The notes beneath the pieces are model-generated. The model saw only the letters and a list, made by a program, of their open reading frames with translations. It did no database searches and had not been told where the DNA came from. Shown here in pieces: positions 60,781 to 64,000 of a stretch of 64,000 nucleotides of DNA. The translations under genes and the position numbers were made by a program. Source of the stretch: Vicugna vicugna (lineage: Eukaryota); contig MU058423.1 in the NCBI GenBank assembly GCA_013265495.1, positions 1,875,061 to 1,939,060 on the forward strand. Reading direction: 5' to 3'. Within the stretch, counting starts at the first letter, position 1; every line of letters begins with the position of its first letter.

Positions 60781-61871
60781 GTAACAATCACAGATGAGTA
60801 AATAAATGTGGAAAGGTAAACAGGGGACACCTTCAGCTAATTAATGTCAGAACTAGTAAACCCAGGACTCCTTGCTTCTTACTCCTCTGTACTGCAGGAG
60901 TTTTTAAGCTCTGAATTTTTGCTGGGAGGGTAATTGAAAGAGGTAGTCTTGTAGCTCAGTTAGGTTTTACACACAAATCAGTTAGTTGGGAGAAAAAAGG
61001 CAGATTTCTTTTGAGGCCCTTGCGAGGCTCACAGATGGAAAGGCTGAAATTCAAGTGTGGATAGCTAAAGCTAAGTGAGTTACTTCGCGAAACCGTCAAG
61101 ACCCAAAAGACTGCACTGTTGTCTGTCTACTTAATGTTTTATACAATAGAAGTAAATCCATCAACTCTGCCATAGTCTATTACTTGACTTAGTTTCAAGC
61201 AGACGGGCTTGTGTTGCCTTTTATATACGGAAATACATTGCAGAGTAAACTCAGTAACTACTTTTTGTACCTGACACCCAAGATTTAGTTATTATCTACA
61301 GGCTAAAACAAACATTAGTAAAAAGTCATTTCTGTTGATATTTGAAAACCAGCTTATTCTAGTGGAAATAACTGCTCACAGGGTATTTATATATGCTGTC
61401 AAGATGATCTTACAGCTGCACTCCTGAGTAAAGATCTTTATATCCTTTGAGGTTGAGCTCAGTAAAAGGAAATCAGATTTCCCATGAGGAATTAATTAGT
61501 TTCAACAAGTCTCTTGCCCTTACTGTTTTTTGTCAATCTCACCTCTGAATTTCTTCTTGGTTTCAGTTTGCTTTCAGATTGACTTGAATTACGACTTCCT
61601 TATGTGCTTGAGAAGGTGTTTAGAGATGGTGATGAAAATGACTTGGAAAATTGAGTGTTAGGGCTTTATTGACTTAAAAGCTGCTGTCTGGCCTTCTCTT
61701 TTCACTGCTGTAACCGGCTGAGTATCAGGGCAGAATCATTTCATGTCAGTACCTAACTTAAGAGACCAAGAGCTGAGCCTTCTTTTTGTAAATAATTCAA
61801 TTCAGTTCTACTGTAGCTCTCTACTTATTTTTTGGACAGTCAGGTGTCCTGATGTCATCTCTGTCTTCCAG

Positions 61872-61989
61872 GCCGTGGGACCCTGTCAGATGAGCATGCT
61901 GGGGTGATATCTGTTCTAGCCCAGCAAGCAGCCAAGCTGACCTCAGACCCCACTGATATTCCTGTGGTGTGTCTCGAATCAGATAATGG
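61872..61989 (+). CDS. LAMTOR5: LAMTOR5 exon 3: [38 protein letters not shown](G)
   Basis: ccag| and |gtgagt, 118 nt. Confidence 0.97.
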
Positions 61990-62631
61990 GTGAGTAAGTG
62001 TCAGCAGATCCTTCCTTTCCTTTTTGTTCAGAAAAATCCCTGAGATACTTGACTGGGGCCTACCCTGTGTTCATCATTCAAAGGACTTGGAGGGAAGTTC
62101 GTCCCTTTGGACCACAGGAGCAGATGGATTAATCTCTGAAGCTAATATGCTTTCAGAACACAGTGACATTTAAATGAAGAGTAAGAACTGTTATGAACCA
62201 TCAGTCTCTCAAGGAAAAGAAAGCAATAAATAGCACAGAGGAAGACTAAACAGAACAGAAACACTGTCTGTAGTAATAGAAGGACTAAAGATATTCCAAG
62301 TGAGGGTCTTTCAAATAGTGAAAAAAGCATTATATAATACTATCAACATGATCACAGTTTTGTAGAATGAGGGGGAAAAATGTGTATATAGAGTATACAT
62401 GCAGATAAAAAAGGGAAAATAATAATAGTGATTGGTAGGATTATAGGATTGATTTCATTTTTATATTTTATACTTTTCTGTATTTCCCACATGTATTGTG
62501 TTTATATATTGCTTTTATACATGGAAAAATGATAAGTATTACTTTTTTAGTTGTATCCTAAACCAAACAGCATCTTTACACTGACTGCCATTTGTAACGT
62601 TTTCCTGAGTATCGTCCACTTTGCCTTTCAG

Positions 62632-62692
62632 GAACATCATGATCCAGAAACACGATGGCATCACAGTGGCAGTGCACAAAATGGCCTCTTGA
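62632..62692 (+). CDS. LAMTOR5: LAMTOR5 exon 4: NIMIQKHDGITVAVHKMAS*
   Basis: ttcag| acceptor, TGA at 62690-62692; spliced CDS 276 nt = 91 aa. Confidence 0.97.
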
Positions 62693-62941
62693 CGTCTCAG
62701 ACCTGTTCCCCAGCAGCCTGTCATAGGGACTCAGTTGTACCTTATGTTAATTATCCTATAGAACTATTAGAGTTCAAGTAATTAGGCCATTCATGTAATG
62801 TGTGTTGGACACTTTCCTGTTAATTTTAGAGTAAACTGCTTTTGACACCATGGATTGACTTATCAAAATACTAGTTAAGAAAATATCATGTTTTGAAGCA
62901 GTAGGTTTAGGGCACTTTGTATATAGAATTTTGTTATGTTT

Positions 62942-62947
62942 AATAAA
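62942..62947 (+). terminator. LAMTOR5: LAMTOR5 polyadenylation signal AATAAA (a second AATAAA lies at 63144-63149)
   Basis: AATAAA 250 nt after the stop, followed by GT/T-rich sequence. Confidence 0.7.
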
Positions 62948-63234
62948 TGTGGTTGGAGGAGAGCTTGGCTCTTTTCTGGATTCTTTAAACTCGTATCAGT
63001 GTTTCTTTCTTTCAACTGTCAAATTGGAATTTTTCTAAAAAAGGTGTTCCAAACTGTTCTCTTTCAGAAGCTTCCAGAAATACATAGATTCTCACAGAAG
63101 CATCCATGGAATGTAAAACAAGTTAAACATACTCCTGCCCCACAATAAAAACATAATAGTTGATATCATTAAGTTCTTACTATATGCCAGGAACACATTT
63201 AATTCTCATTAATAACCCTTTATAGGTTCTCAGT

Positions 63235-63675
63235 AGCAAAGAGGTAGAAGCAACTCAAATGTCTATTGATGGATGAATGGATAAACAAAATGTGGAATAT
63301 GCATACAATGAAATATTCAGCCTTAAAAAAGGAAGGAAATTGTTGACAGATGCTACAGAATGGAGAACTCTTGACATTATAAGTAAAATAAGCGAGTCAC
63401 AAAAAGAAATACTGTATGATTCCACTTATATGAAGTACCTAGAACAGTCAGATTCAAAGTAGAACAGTGGTTGCCCGAGGCAAGAAGAAATGGAGTGTTA
63501 CTGTTTAATGGGTACAAAGTTTCAGTTTATAAGATGAAAATTGTAGAGATGGGTGGTGGTGATGCTTGAACAACATCAACGTACTTAAGACGCTAAACTG
63601 TACGCTTAAAAATGGCTAAGATGGTAAATTTGTTGTTGTATTTTACCACAGTGAGACAGTTTTAACGAAAAAATA
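63235..63675 (+). mobile_element. L1MB-like 3' end downstream of LAMTOR5
   Basis: aaatgtctattgatggatgaatggataaacaaaatgtgg...tacgcttaaaaatggctaagatggtaaattt...ttttaccaca. Confidence 0.85.
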
Positions 63676-64000
63676 AACATGAATAAACCAGCACAATTAC
63701 AAGACAAAGATAACTTATAAAAGTGAGAAAGACTGAAAACCTCAAAATAGAAAATTAGAAAACAGTCCAATAGCAACAAAAACAATACATTTAGGAATTA
63801 CCCTGATAAATAATGAAAAAGAACTTTATGAAGAGAAAGTAGGGATTAAAAAATGAGCAGAACTAAATAAATAATATAATGCAACAAAAAGATCAAAACT
63901 GCAAAGAATTTTTCTGGGACTAATGTGCTAATAAAGATGCCAGTGTGGATTTTTTTGGTGAACCTGACAAACTCTTTAATATTAATGGAAGAATAAAGGT

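Overview
This is mammalian genomic DNA, not prokaryotic. It is most likely from a camelid (alpaca/llama-like), judged from the chymosin sequence and tRNA-derived Vic-1-type SINEs. The gene order matches human 1p13.3 (CYMP-PROK1-LAMTOR5). Three spliced genes were rebuilt by hand with GT-AG junctions and consistent phases. (1) Chymosin, CYM, minus strand: exons 1-6 at 8949-523, with exons 7-9 beyond the left edge. (2) Prokineticin-1/EG-VEGF, PROK1, minus strand: 3 exons, 105 aa, 30444-26124. (3) LAMTOR5/HBXIP, plus strand: 4 exons, 91 aa, 59028-62692, with a CpG-island promoter. The rest is intronic or intergenic DNA rich in L1, L2, MIR, LTR and hAT relics, and nearly all ORFs in the supplied track are spurious. 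I found no wholly new biological system. The most interesting observations are an 11th (odd) cysteine in mature PROK1, a CTCF-motif orientation pattern that would separate the three genes, a CLEAR/M-box overlapping an ATG-TGA in the LAMTOR5 promoter, a broken frame for the human 'long HBXIP' extension, and chymosin surface-charge variants. Repeat family names come from recognition by eye, and repeat boundaries are approximate.
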